Source: Carcharhinus longimanus (taxonomy: Eukaryota). Taken from it: a DNA stretch of 64,000 nt. The stretch lies in the NCBI GenBank assembly GCA_030264375.1, contig JASCQW010000132.1:48178019-48242018 (forward strand). The letters are read 5' to 3'. A model generated the notes under the pieces. It was given only the letters and a program-made list of their open reading frames with translations. It ran no database searches and was not told the origin of the DNA. A program made the position numbers and the translations under genes. Shown here in pieces: positions 51,816 to 64,000 of the stretch (positions are counted from its first letter, which is position 1; the number at the start of each line of letters is the position of its first letter).

Positions 51816-52884
51816 CACTGTGTCCTGCAGAAATTAAACAGGTATACAGTAATGTATCCTGTATATATTTTTGGACACATCATGGCCCAATGGCTTCTTG
51901 TTTTGTAATCATTCTATGATTTTAATGACAGCTGATGCTTTAAGTATGCTGCCTCTTCTAATGTTTTTGAGTGCAAGCACATATGTAGCTCTTAAAGAAG
52001 GCATTTTGTGTGTGTCTGACAGGAGAATTTTCAGCTTACGACACAGCTTCAAGGAAATATGGGTGGACAGTTAAAATTGGAGAGGCTACTGACCTGTACG
52101 GGTCCCAACTTTTCATTGGCATTTCCCATGTTTAACCTGCAGGATTCTGCAGGCAAGCGAGGTAAAGCAGATAGGACCTCATGCATTTCAATTAGGGTCC
52201 TAACATAGCAATGGGTCCCAATAGCATTTGAATTATGGCCTGAGCAGGGAAATGGAAGCTTTTCTATAGGCCAAATCAGTATAAAATATGCCTCAAGAAA
52301 GGCCATTCTTGCTCTGAATGCAGGTCATTTCTTGTGTGATCAATACAAGTATCCTGACTGCGAGTTTCAGGTGGCCATGGGGGCTGAACCTAGTGTGGGT
52401 GGGCTTTGAAAATCACGGTCCCAGAGGTCATCTAGGGAGCTTGACACTTGTGGGACAGTTTCAAATTTAGAAAGAGTCAGTGGGGGTTGGGGTGGAAAGG
52501 AAGGGGAAGGATGGAAGGGGAACTTACTCACCACTAATTAATGGCTCCTTAAGTAGCTAGGTAAGTGCCTGCCCATTCCTGAATGCTATTTTCACATCCT
52601 TTTCCAGCAATCCTCAACAGTCTTGTATACATCAGTGTCCAGCTGTCAGGTTTGCCTCAAGACCTCAATAATTTTCTTTTCAGTTGTTTTGAAAATAAAT
52701 ATGTGGACCAACTAATACCAGCATGAGCGCTGGTTCTTTTTTTTGCTATGCAAGACTGCACTCCAGATTATTCCATCCCCATGACCTTCTCTAGAGCCGC
52801 CTGCTCTAACTGGCAAGGTCGTGGCAGCCCCCAACAAACCTGGCATTCAGGCAGCTCCCATCTCCTGGAATCGCTTGGCACATC

Positions 52885-53030
52885 TTTTGTTATTCATTCA
52901 TGGGATGTGTACGGCTGGCTGGGCCAGCATATATTGCCCACCCCAAATTATCTTTGAACTGCATAACTTGCATTACACTGGGTTCCTGGATTACTAGTCC
53001 AGTGACTAGATCACTGCGTCACCGTCTCCT
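52885..53030 (-). mobile_element. SINE family B, internally deleted
   Basis: Tail reverse complement attcattcatgggatgtg...ggccagcat joined to head reverse complement ctggattactagtccagtgac. Confidence 0.65.
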
Positions 53031-53519
53031 CAATTGAGCTCATCTGTTGGCCAATAAGGCCATNNNNACGTCCACATGTTGAGAATGATGTGGCTCAGGT
53101 GCAATGTCAGGGCCCAGAATTCATTCAGGTGTCATGTTTCCAAGCCCAGATTAAAAATTCAGCTCATTTCATCTCCTCCCCTTAGATTTATAGGTTTACC
53201 GATGATCCTTCACACAGTGCCAACAAAACTATTTGAGTCCTACAGGGAATTTGTCCATGCAAAAGGATGTGGGTTTAGGGGGCATGTAGATAGTTAAATC
53301 CCTTAGAAGTGACATTGGGTTGGGAGCCTGGCATCACCCATCCTTTTCTGCTTTCACCTGTTTGTGTTTGATGGCAAGCAAGGAGTGCAGTGCTGCCCTG
53401 CCATCTGCAGCCCCCCCGCCACCACCACCAAACCTCCCAACCCATCCCCCTACTCCCACAAAACTGCTGCATGGGCCTGTATAATTCTGCCCAGTGTTTC
53501 AGCTCCCTGACCTTTCATG

Positions 53520-54090
53520 AAAACGCATACCACTATTTCCTGCTTGCTATCCTTTAATCCATTGTGTATCAATGCAGGCAGTGCCATTTAATTCCATGAA
53601 ATTTAGTTTTGCTAACAGGTCTGTTATGTGGTACCTTATCAAATGTCTTTAGAAAGCCCATTATACAACATTAACCACATTATCCTCATCCACCCTCTCA
53701 CTAATTTTATCAAAAAAATTCAACCAAGTTAGTCAAATATTCTTTGCCTTTAACAAATTTATGCTTAGACCATATTTTCCAAGTGCCAATTAATGCCATC
53801 CCCAATTGTTATCTGTAAATATTCCCTCACTACTGATGTTAGGCTAGTTGGCCTGAACTTGCTAGATCTATCCTTCTTCCTTTTATTGAATGAGATGCAA
53901 CATTTATGACCCCACCATCCTGAGGCACCTATCCCATATCTATGAAGGATTGGGAAATTCGTGGTCAGATCCTGAGATTTTCACCTTTATTTCCCTTAGC
54001 AACCTTGGATGCATCACTAATAGTCTTTTCTAGTTCAAGTGCTTCAATTACCTCCAGTTTATCTATTATCATATCCAATTTGTCTACTAC
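53520..54090 (-). mobile_element. CR1 LINE RT fragment
   Basis: The reverse complement includes TFDKVPHNRPV and KEYLTNLVEFFD remnants. Confidence 0.75.
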
Positions 54091-54663
54091 CTCTAGTAGA
54101 GGTATGAGTCAATCTTTGAAGACTCAAAAATCCATCCAAAAACAAGGGTCAGCTTACGTGCCGAGTAGAAATGTGACTACTGGTATTGGTGTGGGAGGCC
54201 GCCAGCTTTGTCCTATCGTGCAGGGCCGACTGTGTGGGCATGTCTTAAACTCTTGCAAATCTTTGTAGCACAGCCCTTATCACCTACTTGATCCTTTGCA
54301 TCTGGTTATAAGATACCAGTAAGTAAAATATCCATTTGCCGGGTACAAATCTGCGGCTGACCACTAATGCAAGTGTAGCGGGTTGTGGCTGGAAAGGGAA
54401 GGTTGACTTGTATACTTTTGCAAAAACATGATTTCTGCAGCCAACAAAATGGGGTCATCTTATCCTCCAGGCTAACTTACACATGTGATCTGTGCTATTA
54501 TAAGATTCCTTTTTATTTTTATTTTACCCTCTGTATCTCGACTCATCCAGGATGCTCTACATTGTTTTGTTTCTTTTCCCACTGGTAGGAATGTGTTTAA
54601 TCTAAATTATCTTGTTGTGGAAAGGTTTTCCACTATTTATTCACTGTAATGCCTCTCAATCTT

Positions 54664-54870
54664 TGGGTGGGATTTTTCCCCCTCTCTGCTGTGTTTTACA
54701 GCTGGGAGGAAGTGGCGCACGCTCACTGGTGGCAGGATCCTATGGTCTGACTGTTGTCAAAAGGGTTTCCCATTGAATGCACTGCTCACTGCCAGGAAGC
54801 CCACGATTGGGGTACATTGTTAGCAGCACTGTAAGATCCCACTGGCATAAATAGTAGCAAGATTTCGATG
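54664..54870. mobile_element. Probable Harbinger-like MITE
   Basis: gggtgggattttt start; internal gtttcccattgaatgcac; aagatttcg end. Confidence 0.4.
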
Positions 54871-56988
54871 TTTGAGTCCAATCTACCTGCGGCACATTCC
54901 TTCACAATTCACTGAAGTTAGTCCTGCTCTGGGAGGGGAGCTGACCTGTAAGTGAGGCCCAGCAGTTAAAAGGGACTGAGTCTGAAATAGTGTCAGCAAG
55001 TGTCAAAGGTTATGAGGGAATTTGGGAAGATCAGTTTTGGAGAAGAACACCACCACATACAATTCAATGTTACTGCCATACAAATGTTGCTTGCCCTGAT
55101 TATACAGTGAAATAATGCTAGAATGTGAAGAATGGTCATTTTATTCAAGATACTTCAGTCGATGTGGCACTTGCAGAGTACCACCTGGGATAAAATTGAG
55201 GAAAAGGTAATAGTAGAGAGTTAGCATTAAGGTTAAATTGATTTTTACTTTTTTATATGGGTACTCACTGTATGCAGAAAACATATATTACAATGTATTA
55301 TAACAATAAATAACAAAAATGCATCAGTGATTTAGTTGAGTTTTCTGTGTTTTTACTTGAGCACTTTTTTAAAGCATGCTTCGAAAGTAAGCATGTTTAA
55401 AAATATTTGATAGCCAGTTTGCAAGTGTTGAAATTTGCAGCTTTTGTGTTACTGGTGCATCAATGTAGGTCTTTGTTGATCGTGTAGGTGTATGTAGACA
55501 TTATGGGCCTTTGCAGGAAATGTACAACTCTGCTTGGGACTGCTGAGTGTTCGATAAGGTAGGCAGAAGTTTTTGAGTACCACTCTAGTTATACATTTCT
55601 CTAGAAAAGGGAAAGTAGTTACTTTTAACTTGTGTGAGCCTTGGTAACATGATGGTTATCTACAATAAATCAGTGCAGCTAATGTAGCTTTCTACCTAAC
55701 ACGCTCAGTAACATATGCAAGGCATGGCTGCTGATCTTGGTAAATGTATTTATGGAAGGCAAGCAATGTGTTTTGTACGGTTTTCGTACACCTCGGTAAT
55801 CGGTGTGGGTTTACGTGGGCTGTCGAAGCACGAGCAACGGTTTGCATCCGAGGGCATATGAATCGTGGTTCCGGAATATAGAGCATCTAGATATCATCAT
55901 GCGGTCCAGTGCTTCACATGTGTGCTGTTTTGAAGACAAAGAATAATGACAGTACTGTATATTTTGTAGTATATGTCATACAAATGAGCATTGCTTCCCC
56001 TGCTTGGCACCAAAATAAAGCAGCGTTATGTAGGTCATAAATGATCAGACAAGAGATTATGCCAAGTAGCTATACATCATGTAGTGTAAAACAAAGCATA
56101 ACAAAATTGTAACATCCAGGCCAGTTCAAAACACTTTAAATGATTTTTAACAATGACTGTGATTAACATTAACAATTTAAAAAATTCTGTTGACATTACA
56201 AATGTATTTACAACGAAGTTTGCATGTGAAGTTGTTAAATACAACAGATTTACAATTAACATTTATTTCTGCTGAGAAATTCCTTCGCTTTTGTAAGCTA
56301 TTAGAAATAAAAATGCAAAATATTTCACCAAGTCTCACCGATCTGAGGCAGATACACCACAGACTTTTCTTCAATCAATTTTTAAAGCATGCCAGGTCTT
56401 CAGTGACCTAAAGCAGTCACAAGCATAAATAAGAATTAAGCTTCACTGATCCTTATTATTTTCAGATATCCCCAACTTGGAAAGCGTATTAAGCCCATCA
56501 GTCTTGTCATATTGACCAAATCTGGCCTTTCCTCTATCTCCTGAAACTAGCTCCAATTAAAATAGTGAAAGAAACAAAACTGGAACTGATCTTTTCAGTA
56601 TGCTGAAGATTCCTTTCAAAGTCAGTTTTCTTCCTTCTCTGAACTTTGACAAAAGTCAAAAGGCTGCTTTAGGGTTTGAATCATTGTCATGCAGTTATGT
56701 GTGTTTCTGTTGAGTATTGTTCTTATTTACACACCTTCAGTCTTAAATTCAGCAATCTCTTTCACTTCAATTCATTTTCTTTTGGTATTACTTCTTGATA
56801 TTACTAAAGTAAGGACTAACTTTGAAAACCACATTGAAATAATTTTGTACCATTATGATCTAGTTAATTTAACTTAGCTTTTTTTATATAAAAGTACATT
56901 TTATTTAAACCTATACTACTACCTTGGATGAATAGTCACATTTTGTTCATGGGGCATGAATTCTTGTTAGTTGAACAAGATTAACTAA

Positions 56989-57296
56989 AGCAATAATAGA
57001 GAATGCTGGAAAAATGTAGCAGGTCAGGCAGCATCTGTAGAGAGAAACATTTTGAGTATGTTTGATTCATCAGAGCTAAAGAGAGGAGAATGTGTTGGAC
57101 ATTATACTGTGGCTGGGAGAGATTGCAACAAGACGTAGCAACATTAAGAACAAGAGCCAGATGGCTCAGTCTGAGGGAGAGGAAGGAGGGTTTGTGCATT
57201 GAATGTATGTGATATTAAAAAAAAAGTTTAAGACAGAGGAGAAAGGTCATAGTCTAAAGTTATGTTGAGTCTTAAAGGCTGTAATGTGCCTAATCG
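56989..57296 (-). mobile_element. Penelope-like element 3' end (GIY-YIG C-terminus plus pLTR) with 10-bp direct repeat
   Basis: Reverse complement cgattaggcacattacagcctttaagactcaacata = RLGTLQPLRLNI (PLE ORF end, consensus FRLGTLQPxGLN). Flanked by gattaactaa at 56979-56988 and 57297-57306. Confidence 0.8.
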
Positions 57297-59637
57297 GATT
57301 AACTAATATTATATAATTTGTATCTAGCATCCGTAGCAGCACACCTAGTCACAATTTTCAACAAACACAACTCATTAATCAGCAAAACATAAATAGTTAT
57401 AATTAATTTTCTCGTTTTACATAGCAAAAGCAGGGAGTTCAATATACACAATTCTGTAACACAGATATTGCCATGTCACCTATATATAATTTACTGTGAA
57501 ATCCTTTGGGATCACATCACCTGGTAGATGTATGAAAACTAACAGAAGATATTTTACAGAAACTATATTAAGGTCTTATGCTGATATCTTTACAAATTGA
57601 AAAGCATTGTCACAACTAAGCATTAATTTGCTGTTGGGAATATCACTGTGACAGAAACATTGCAAAACAGCTATTTGAGTTTGTTGATTTGGGTATCGCG
57701 GTTTAGTGTACGCTAAAAACAGCTCCTCTTGTAAAATAGGAATACTCAAGGTGCATTCAACAACAAAAGTGTTAAGTGGCTTGTTGAGATTTTGCCAGCT
57801 ACAAGGTATGGCAAACAAAAATTATCTCTAATATACTGCACCAGTAATTTTTAAAAACAAAAATTACTGAAGGTGTAAAATTAAATTTGAACCATTGGTG
57901 CAGCTTAATAGCAGTAATCCAAGCATTAATCCAATCATTCAAGCTTGCTCTTGACAAAACCAATACAACCCTCAAATAAATGTCTCTGCTGCATCTTGAC
58001 AGTTTCTATTGGTTGTTACCTTGTTCATGCCTGGATAAACATGTCTTATGACTTAAGTGTTCCTTGAATTCAATTTTTCTCTCCAAGACAAGAATGAACA
58101 ATACAACATGCCTATGGTTCAACTTACTTCTATTGGTGTAATTTGCTTGGAATGGTGGATGCCATGTTAATGTAATCAGGTTAAAAGAACTGTTAAATTT
58201 TCCATTAACTAAAAAATAGGCCAAAATTAAATGATAGTTTATTTGAATGGTCATAAACGTGTGACCAATTTGTGTAAATCAAACTCACTCTTAGTGTGGG
58301 GGCTACTATTATGCTGACAAATTTACCAGGATGCTGACGGGGATTTCCCCATTCGACTTGCTATGATTCCTGTGGCAGGTGGGACATGGACCATGCAAAG
58401 GTCCATTGACCTTGGGAGGGATTTTCCAACCTTGGGGCAAGCGTGGCCAGAAAATCCTTCCCAATGTCACACTAGGCTTCTTTTGAGGTAACCTCTCCTA
58501 AATTTACTTTGGAACGAAATGTCAGTTGCATTTATGCACTTTTGTCAAAGTAACATGGGACAACTCACTCTAAATTACTGAATATATGCTGATTGTTTCA
58601 TTTGATTGATATATTTTTTCACAAGTAGATAAAATACCATATTCAAGATCAAAGGTAGTTTTCAAATAGACAAACACAATGTTAAATTAAGGAAAACTGC
58701 TGTGTGAATGAAATTGCAACACTGGCTTGAATGGGCTGCATCAAATAAATGTGTTTGCTTATTTGCATTAAATAGCCTCAAAATTCCTGATGTGTGGGTG
58801 GAAAGCTCAACTTCTACACTAAAGATTCAAGTTTCTTGGTCGAACCCAGTTTTATTGGGATTCAATCGCAGTTATAGTTGCTCTTAAAATTCTAGCAGTC
58901 AGGCTGTGGGCCAAGCTACCCAACGCCAACTCTCCACCCACAGTCCTCTTCCCACACCTTCATCAGAGTTAAGAAGAATAGTACCTAGGGCAAAAAATCA
59001 TGGATCTTCCTAGGAAATTAAGGCATTTATGACCTGCATATGCCTCAGCAGAACTCAAGTGAACTGAGAGCCTTTTGAAGCTTTTAAACACATGAATATG
59101 CATATTCCAATTCATTTTCTCACTGTTCATAACAAAAACAGAGTTTAACATACACAATCCACAATCCAAGTTACGAACACATTTCAAAAGTTGCCCACTC
59201 AATCCAGCGATGGGAAAAACAGGAATTCCTCTTGAATCGAAGACAAAATTCCCTGAAATTATCTTCAACTCCTGGGAGGGATAAGCCATAATCCTATTGT
59301 GAATAATAATTGTTCAGGAACCTTGTCGGGCCTTCCAGTGAAAATCAGTGAAAGTTGGACTACCTCTTTCAGTGGCGAGAATGTCCATGAAGATTGTCAA
59401 AAGCCTAATGGGTGAAGGTCCCTTCTTAGCCTACGAATCCCAAAGATAATCCCCCTTAACAGCTGGAAGAGGATAATTGGAGGATTCATTCTCTGCCTTC
59501 CATTGGAACAATTTTTCACAGTGTTGAATCTCATTTTTATCACGGATTCCTGTAAGAGCAGATCAGAGGCTGGGAGTTCTATGACAAATAATTCACCTCC
59601 TGATTGTCCAAAGTCTTCATAGCACAAGGCACAAGGA

Positions 59638-59990
59638 GAGGAGATGGGGGGAGGTGATGTCACTGAACTAATAATAATCTAGGGGCCCAGACTAATGACT
59701 TAGAGACATGGGTTGAAGTCCCACCACAGCAGCTAGTGGAGTTTAAATTCAATTAATAAATCTGGAATTAAAAGCTAGCTTCAGTAATGGTGACCCTCAA
59801 ACTACCTTTGATTGTTCTGAAAGCCCATTTGGTTCACAAAGCTCTTTAGCAAAGGAAATCTGTCATCCTTACCTGATGTGGCCTATATGTGACTCCAGGT
59901 CCACGAATGGCCCAGCAAGTCATTCAGTTTAGGAGCAATGAGGAATAGGCAACCAATGACACCCACATCTCAAGATGGAATAAAAAGAAA
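59638..59990 (+). mobile_element. tRNA-derived SINE family B
   Basis: gggttgaagtcccaccacagcagc; conserved body and tail. Confidence 0.8.
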
Positions 59991-59999
59991 AAAGTCAGA

Positions 60000-60318
60000 A
60001 GTCTAATGGGATACCTTCCACTTGCCTGAGTGAGTTTAGCTAAAACAGCACTCAAGAAGCTCAGTACCATCCAGGAGAAAGCAGCTGTACCCACATCTTA
60101 AATTCACTCACTCTACCACTGTCTACAAGGTGCATTGCAGTAAGTCACCAGTGCTTCTTTGATATCACTTGTCAAGCGTGCAAGCTCTACTGCCGAGAAG
60201 GACAAAGGCAGCAGGTGCATTGGAACACTATCAACTCTAATTCTCCTCCAAGTCACACACCATCCTGATTTGGAATCATCACTGAGTCAAAAACATGGAA
60301 CACCCTTCTTAACAGCAC
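60000..60318 (+). mobile_element. LINE family A 3' fragment
   Basis: cactcaagaagctcagtaccatccaggagaaagcag matches 2896-2930. Confidence 0.75.
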
Positions 60319-61278
60319 CACATATGAACATATGAATTAATAACGGGTGTAGGCCACTCGACCTCTTGAGCCTGCTCTGTGATTTAGTTAGGTCATGGCT
60401 GATCTGATTTTCACCTCAACCCCCGCATTCCTTCCAAACCCAATAACCTTTCACTTCATTGTTAATCAAACATCTATCTAGCTCTCTTAAAAATATTCAA
60501 AAACTCTGCCTTTTGGGGAAAAGAGAAAGCATTTCTCTTCATCTGTCTTAAACGAGTGATCACTTATTTTTAAACATTGACCTCTAGTTCTAGATTCTCC
60601 CATAAAGGGAAATATCCTCTTCACATCCACCTGTCAAGATCCCTCTTGATCTTAAAGATTTCAATCAAGTATCCTCTTACTCTTCTAAACACCAGTAGAC
60701 ACAAATCTAACCTCTCCAACCTTTCTTCATAACACAACCTGCTCATTCCTGGTATTAATCTAGTAAACCTCTGAACTGCTTCTAATGCGTTTGCATCTTT
60801 CCTTTAAACAAGGAGATCAATACTGTGCACAATATTCCAGGTGTGGTTTCACCAATGCCTTATAGAACTGAAGCATAACTTCCCTATTTTTGTAATCAAT
60901 TCCCCTCATAATAACCAGTAACATCCTATTAGCTTTCTATTGCTGTGTCTGTATACTAGCTCTGAATCTCAGAGCTCTGTAATCTCTCACCATTTAGGTA
61001 ATAAGCTATTCTTCTTGCCAAAATGCTCTTCCTCACAGTTGCCCATATTATACTTCATTTGCTCGATTTTTGCCCACTCACTTATTTATGTCCCTTTTAG
61101 CCTCCATTGTCCCCTTCACAACTAACTTTCCGAATTATCTTTGTGCCGTCAGCAAATTTAGCAACCATACCTTCGATCCCTTCGTGCAAGAAATTTACAT
61201 AAATTGTTGAAAGTTGAACTCCTAACACTGATCCCAGTGGCACACCACTCATTACATCCTGCCAACTAGAAAAAAGAT

Positions 61279-61778
61279 CCTTGAGTTGGACTGGGGTAAA
61301 CACAGTAAGAAATCTCACAACACCAGGTTAAAGTCCAACAGGATTATTTGGTAGCAACAGCCTCTAGCTTTCAGAACGCTGCTCCTTCATCAGGTAAGTG
61401 GGAGTTCTGTTCACAAACAGGGCATATTAAGACACAAACTCAATTTACAAGGTAATAATTGGAATGTGAGTCTTTACAGGTAATCAAGTCTTAAAAGTAC
61501 AGACAATGTGAGCAGAGACAGGGTTAAACACAAGTTAGAGATATGTATCGTCTCCAACCAGGACAGTTAGTGAGATTTTGCAAGCCCAGACAAGTCACAC
61601 AAGAAACTGGAGAAGTGGAGCATCATGAGATTATCTGTGGATTTGCAGTGAAGTGCTGAGGTGACTGTCCTTGATGGAAATGCATGTGTCCAAGAATGCA
61701 ACTAATTCTGGAGAGTAGTCCACGGTGAGTCTGATGGTGGGATGGAAGTTGTTGATGTCATCATATAGTTGTTTCAGA
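61279..61778 (-). mobile_element. Penelope-like element (second family): RT fragment plus hammerhead-containing terminal repeat
   Basis: Minus strand LKQLYDDINNFHPTIRLTVDYSPELVAFLDTCISIKDSHLSTS (PLE RT). Flanked by aactagaaaaa(a)gat at 61264-61278 and 61779-61792. Confidence 0.9.
61361..61396 (-). ncRNA. Minimal type I hammerhead ribozyme motif
   Basis: The reverse complement reads c-CTGATGA-a-ggagc-agc-gttct-GAAA-gcTA. Core boxes are intact; stem II pairs with two G-U wobbles. Confidence 0.7.
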
Positions 61779-63708
61779 AACTAGAAAAAGATTCATTTAT
61801 GTCAACTCTCTTACTAATCTTCAATCCATGCCAAAATGTTATCCCCTTATTTTGAAGGGTAAGATAAACCCCTTCAGGTTTTATTTTACACAATAATCTT
61901 TGATGTGGGACCTTATCAAATGTGTTCTGGAAATCTAAGTACAGTTGCAACTACTGGTTCCCCTTTATTGACAGCACTTGTGACTCCTGATTTCCCCTTC
62001 ATGAAACCACGTTGACTGTGCCTGTTTGCCTTGAATTTGTCTAAGTGCCCTGCTATGACATCTTTAATAATGGTTTCTAACATTTTCCCTTGGACAATTG
62101 TTATGCTAACTGGTCTGCAGTTTCCTACTTTGTCTCCCTCACTTTTTGAATAAAGGAGTGACATTCACTATTCCCCAATCTAGTGGAACCTTCCCTGAAT
62201 TGAGAGAATTTTGCAAAATTAAAACAAAAGCTTCAGCTATCTCATTAGTCACTTCTTCCAAGACGTCAGGGTGAATCTGATTTGGAGCCAAGGAATTTGT
62301 CAGCTTGCAGTTCAAACAACTTGCTCAATACCACAAGCCTGATGATTGCAATTTTCTGGCATTCTTCCCTCCCTTCCTTTCTTGATTTACAGCTATTTCT
62401 GGGATGTTACTGGTGTTCTCTACAGTGAAGTCCGATGCAAAATACCTGCTAAATTCAACTGCCATCTCCATACTTTCCATTATCAATTCCCCATTCGACT
62501 TTCTATAGGACCAACACTTACTTTGTTGATTCCTTTTTTATTTAAATATCTACAGGAACTCTTACCATCTGTCTTTATATTACTAGCTAGCTTTCTCCGG
62601 TACTCTAATCTTTCCCTCCTTATTGTCATTTTGTCATTCTTTGCTGTTCTTTATATTCCTTAAAATCATCTGGCCTGCCACCAGTCTTTGTGCACTTACA
62701 CGATTTTTCTTTAAGTCTGATACTTTCTCTAACTTTGTAGTTAACCAGTGATGATAGCCCTTGGAATTTTTCTTTCACATTAGCAATTGGTCTATTTTTT
62801 GGTTGGAAAATCTGTCCTCCTTATTTATCAGTTCAGCTTAGCTGGTTTTGCCTTCATGCCCTGATATTTAAGTTCAAAATATTAGTTTGGGGTTCCTGTG
62901 AAGATCTGTTTACCATTTCCCACATTAACATCTTTGCCACTATTCCGATATGCCACATCTTCCCAGATGTGACCCATTGCCCCCACTATTCAGTTTAAAA
63001 CTTTCTCTGCTTCTCTAGTAATGCAGCTCACAAGGTCAGTACAGATCCCACTTTCCCTAGTACAGGTACCAGTGACCTGTAAACCAGAGCCCACTTCTCC
63101 AACTCCAGTCTTTGAGCCACACTCTTATTTCGCTAATCTGATTTGTTCTACGCCAATTTGCAAATGGATCAGGTAATAATCCAGAAATTATTACCTTTGA
63201 GGTTTGGCTTCATAATTTGGTGCCTAGCTCCTTGTACTAACAATCAGAGTCTAATTCCTCGTCCTGCCTATGTTATTGGTGCCTACATGGACCACGGCCA
63301 CAGGATCCTTCTCCTCCAACTGTAGATTACTCTCCAGCCCTGAGCAAATATCCCAAAACTTGGCACTTGGCAAGCAACATAGTCATCTGGTCTCTTTCTC
63401 CTTGATACAGAGAACAGTGTCAATTTCCATCACTATACTGTCACTTACAATCTCTACATTCCTTTGTGTCCTCCCTCACTTAAATGGCTTCCACTGTGCC
63501 ATGAGTAGTCAACTCATCAACCTGTAGCCCCACTCTCATCTAAACAAGAGAAGAGAATCTCAAACCTACTAGACAACTGCAGAGTCTGGCACTCCTGCAC
63601 TTCTATCCTCCACAGCACAAGATCCTGTAATATTCTATTTTCCCTTTTAGTTTTATGTGATGAAAGCACCTTTTCTTTCTATGTATATATCATTAAATAT
63701 GTAGAAAC

Positions 63709-64000
63709 ACCTATACCCAATAGATAGTATAGAAGCTCCTGTATTCAATAGGTATACAATCTCCTGTACCCAATAGGTATTATAGAATCTCCTATATCCA
63801 ATAGGTATATAATATCCTGTAGCCAATAAGTATTGTAGAATCTCCTGTATCCAATAAATATTATAGAATCTCCTGAATCCAATAGGTATTATAGACTCTC
63901 CTGTGTCCAATAAGTATTACATAATATCCAGTATCCAATAGATATTATATAATGTCCTGTATCCAATAGGTATTATAGAATCTCCTACATCCAATAGGTA
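63709..64000. repeat. Minisatellite, 28-bp unit (25-bp variants), about 11 units, runs off the window end
   Basis: Consensus ctcctgtatccaataggtattatagaat repeated head to tail with no spacers. Confidence 0.95.

Larger units (their letters stand above)
60319..63600 (-). mobile_element. CR1 LINE spanning ORF1 (SGNH esterase), ORF2 and 3' tail; internally deleted, interrupted by a PLE
   Basis: Minus strand: LCCLPSAK...EKDPVAVVHVGTNNIG (63250-63390), GNCRPVS, GVPLGSVLGVQL...KFADGTKI; tail reverse complement at 60319-60410. Confidence 0.9.

Noticed and set aside
59364-59550. Minus-strand exon-like segment (ctcttacag|GAATCC...gag|gtagtc)
   Set aside because: All frames terminate internally, the donor is weak, and I do not recognise the peptides.
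63709-64000. Possible CRISPR array
   Set aside because: The units abut without unique spacers, there are no cas genes, and the context is vertebrate.

Overview
Eukaryotic (vertebrate) genomic DNA, almost certainly an elasmobranch. It carries many HE1-type V-SINEs and HER1/CR1 LINE tails; a carcharhiniform shark is my guess. The N-runs look like gaps in a fragmented assembly. I found no intact host protein-coding gene, rRNA, true tRNA gene or CRISPR array, so the window reads as intronic or intergenic. It is dominated by decayed retroelements: two CR1-group LINE families, L2, Rex1/Babar, Penelope-like elements (PLEs) with minimal hammerhead-ribozyme motifs, and at least five SINE types. It also has PIF/Harbinger DNA-transposon relics, a 28-bp minisatellite at the right end, and a few repeat-free blocks that may be regulatory. 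The supplied ORFs are transposon fragments, gap-spanning artefacts or chance ORFs. The most interesting signals are: (i) PLE/hammerhead mini-insertions with 10-17 bp direct repeats and fold-back derivatives; (ii) a 165-bp inverted repeat with a perfectly matched 52-bp core; (iii) a twin-priming-like 5' inversion in a non-L1 LINE; (iv) V-SINEs with two alternative tails; (v) a Harbinger transposase snippet fused to a Rex1 3' end, near a Harbinger Myb/SANT exon; (vi) a small CpG-rich islet. I see no evidence of a wholly new gene system. Family names come from recalled motifs, not database searches, and boundaries are approximate.
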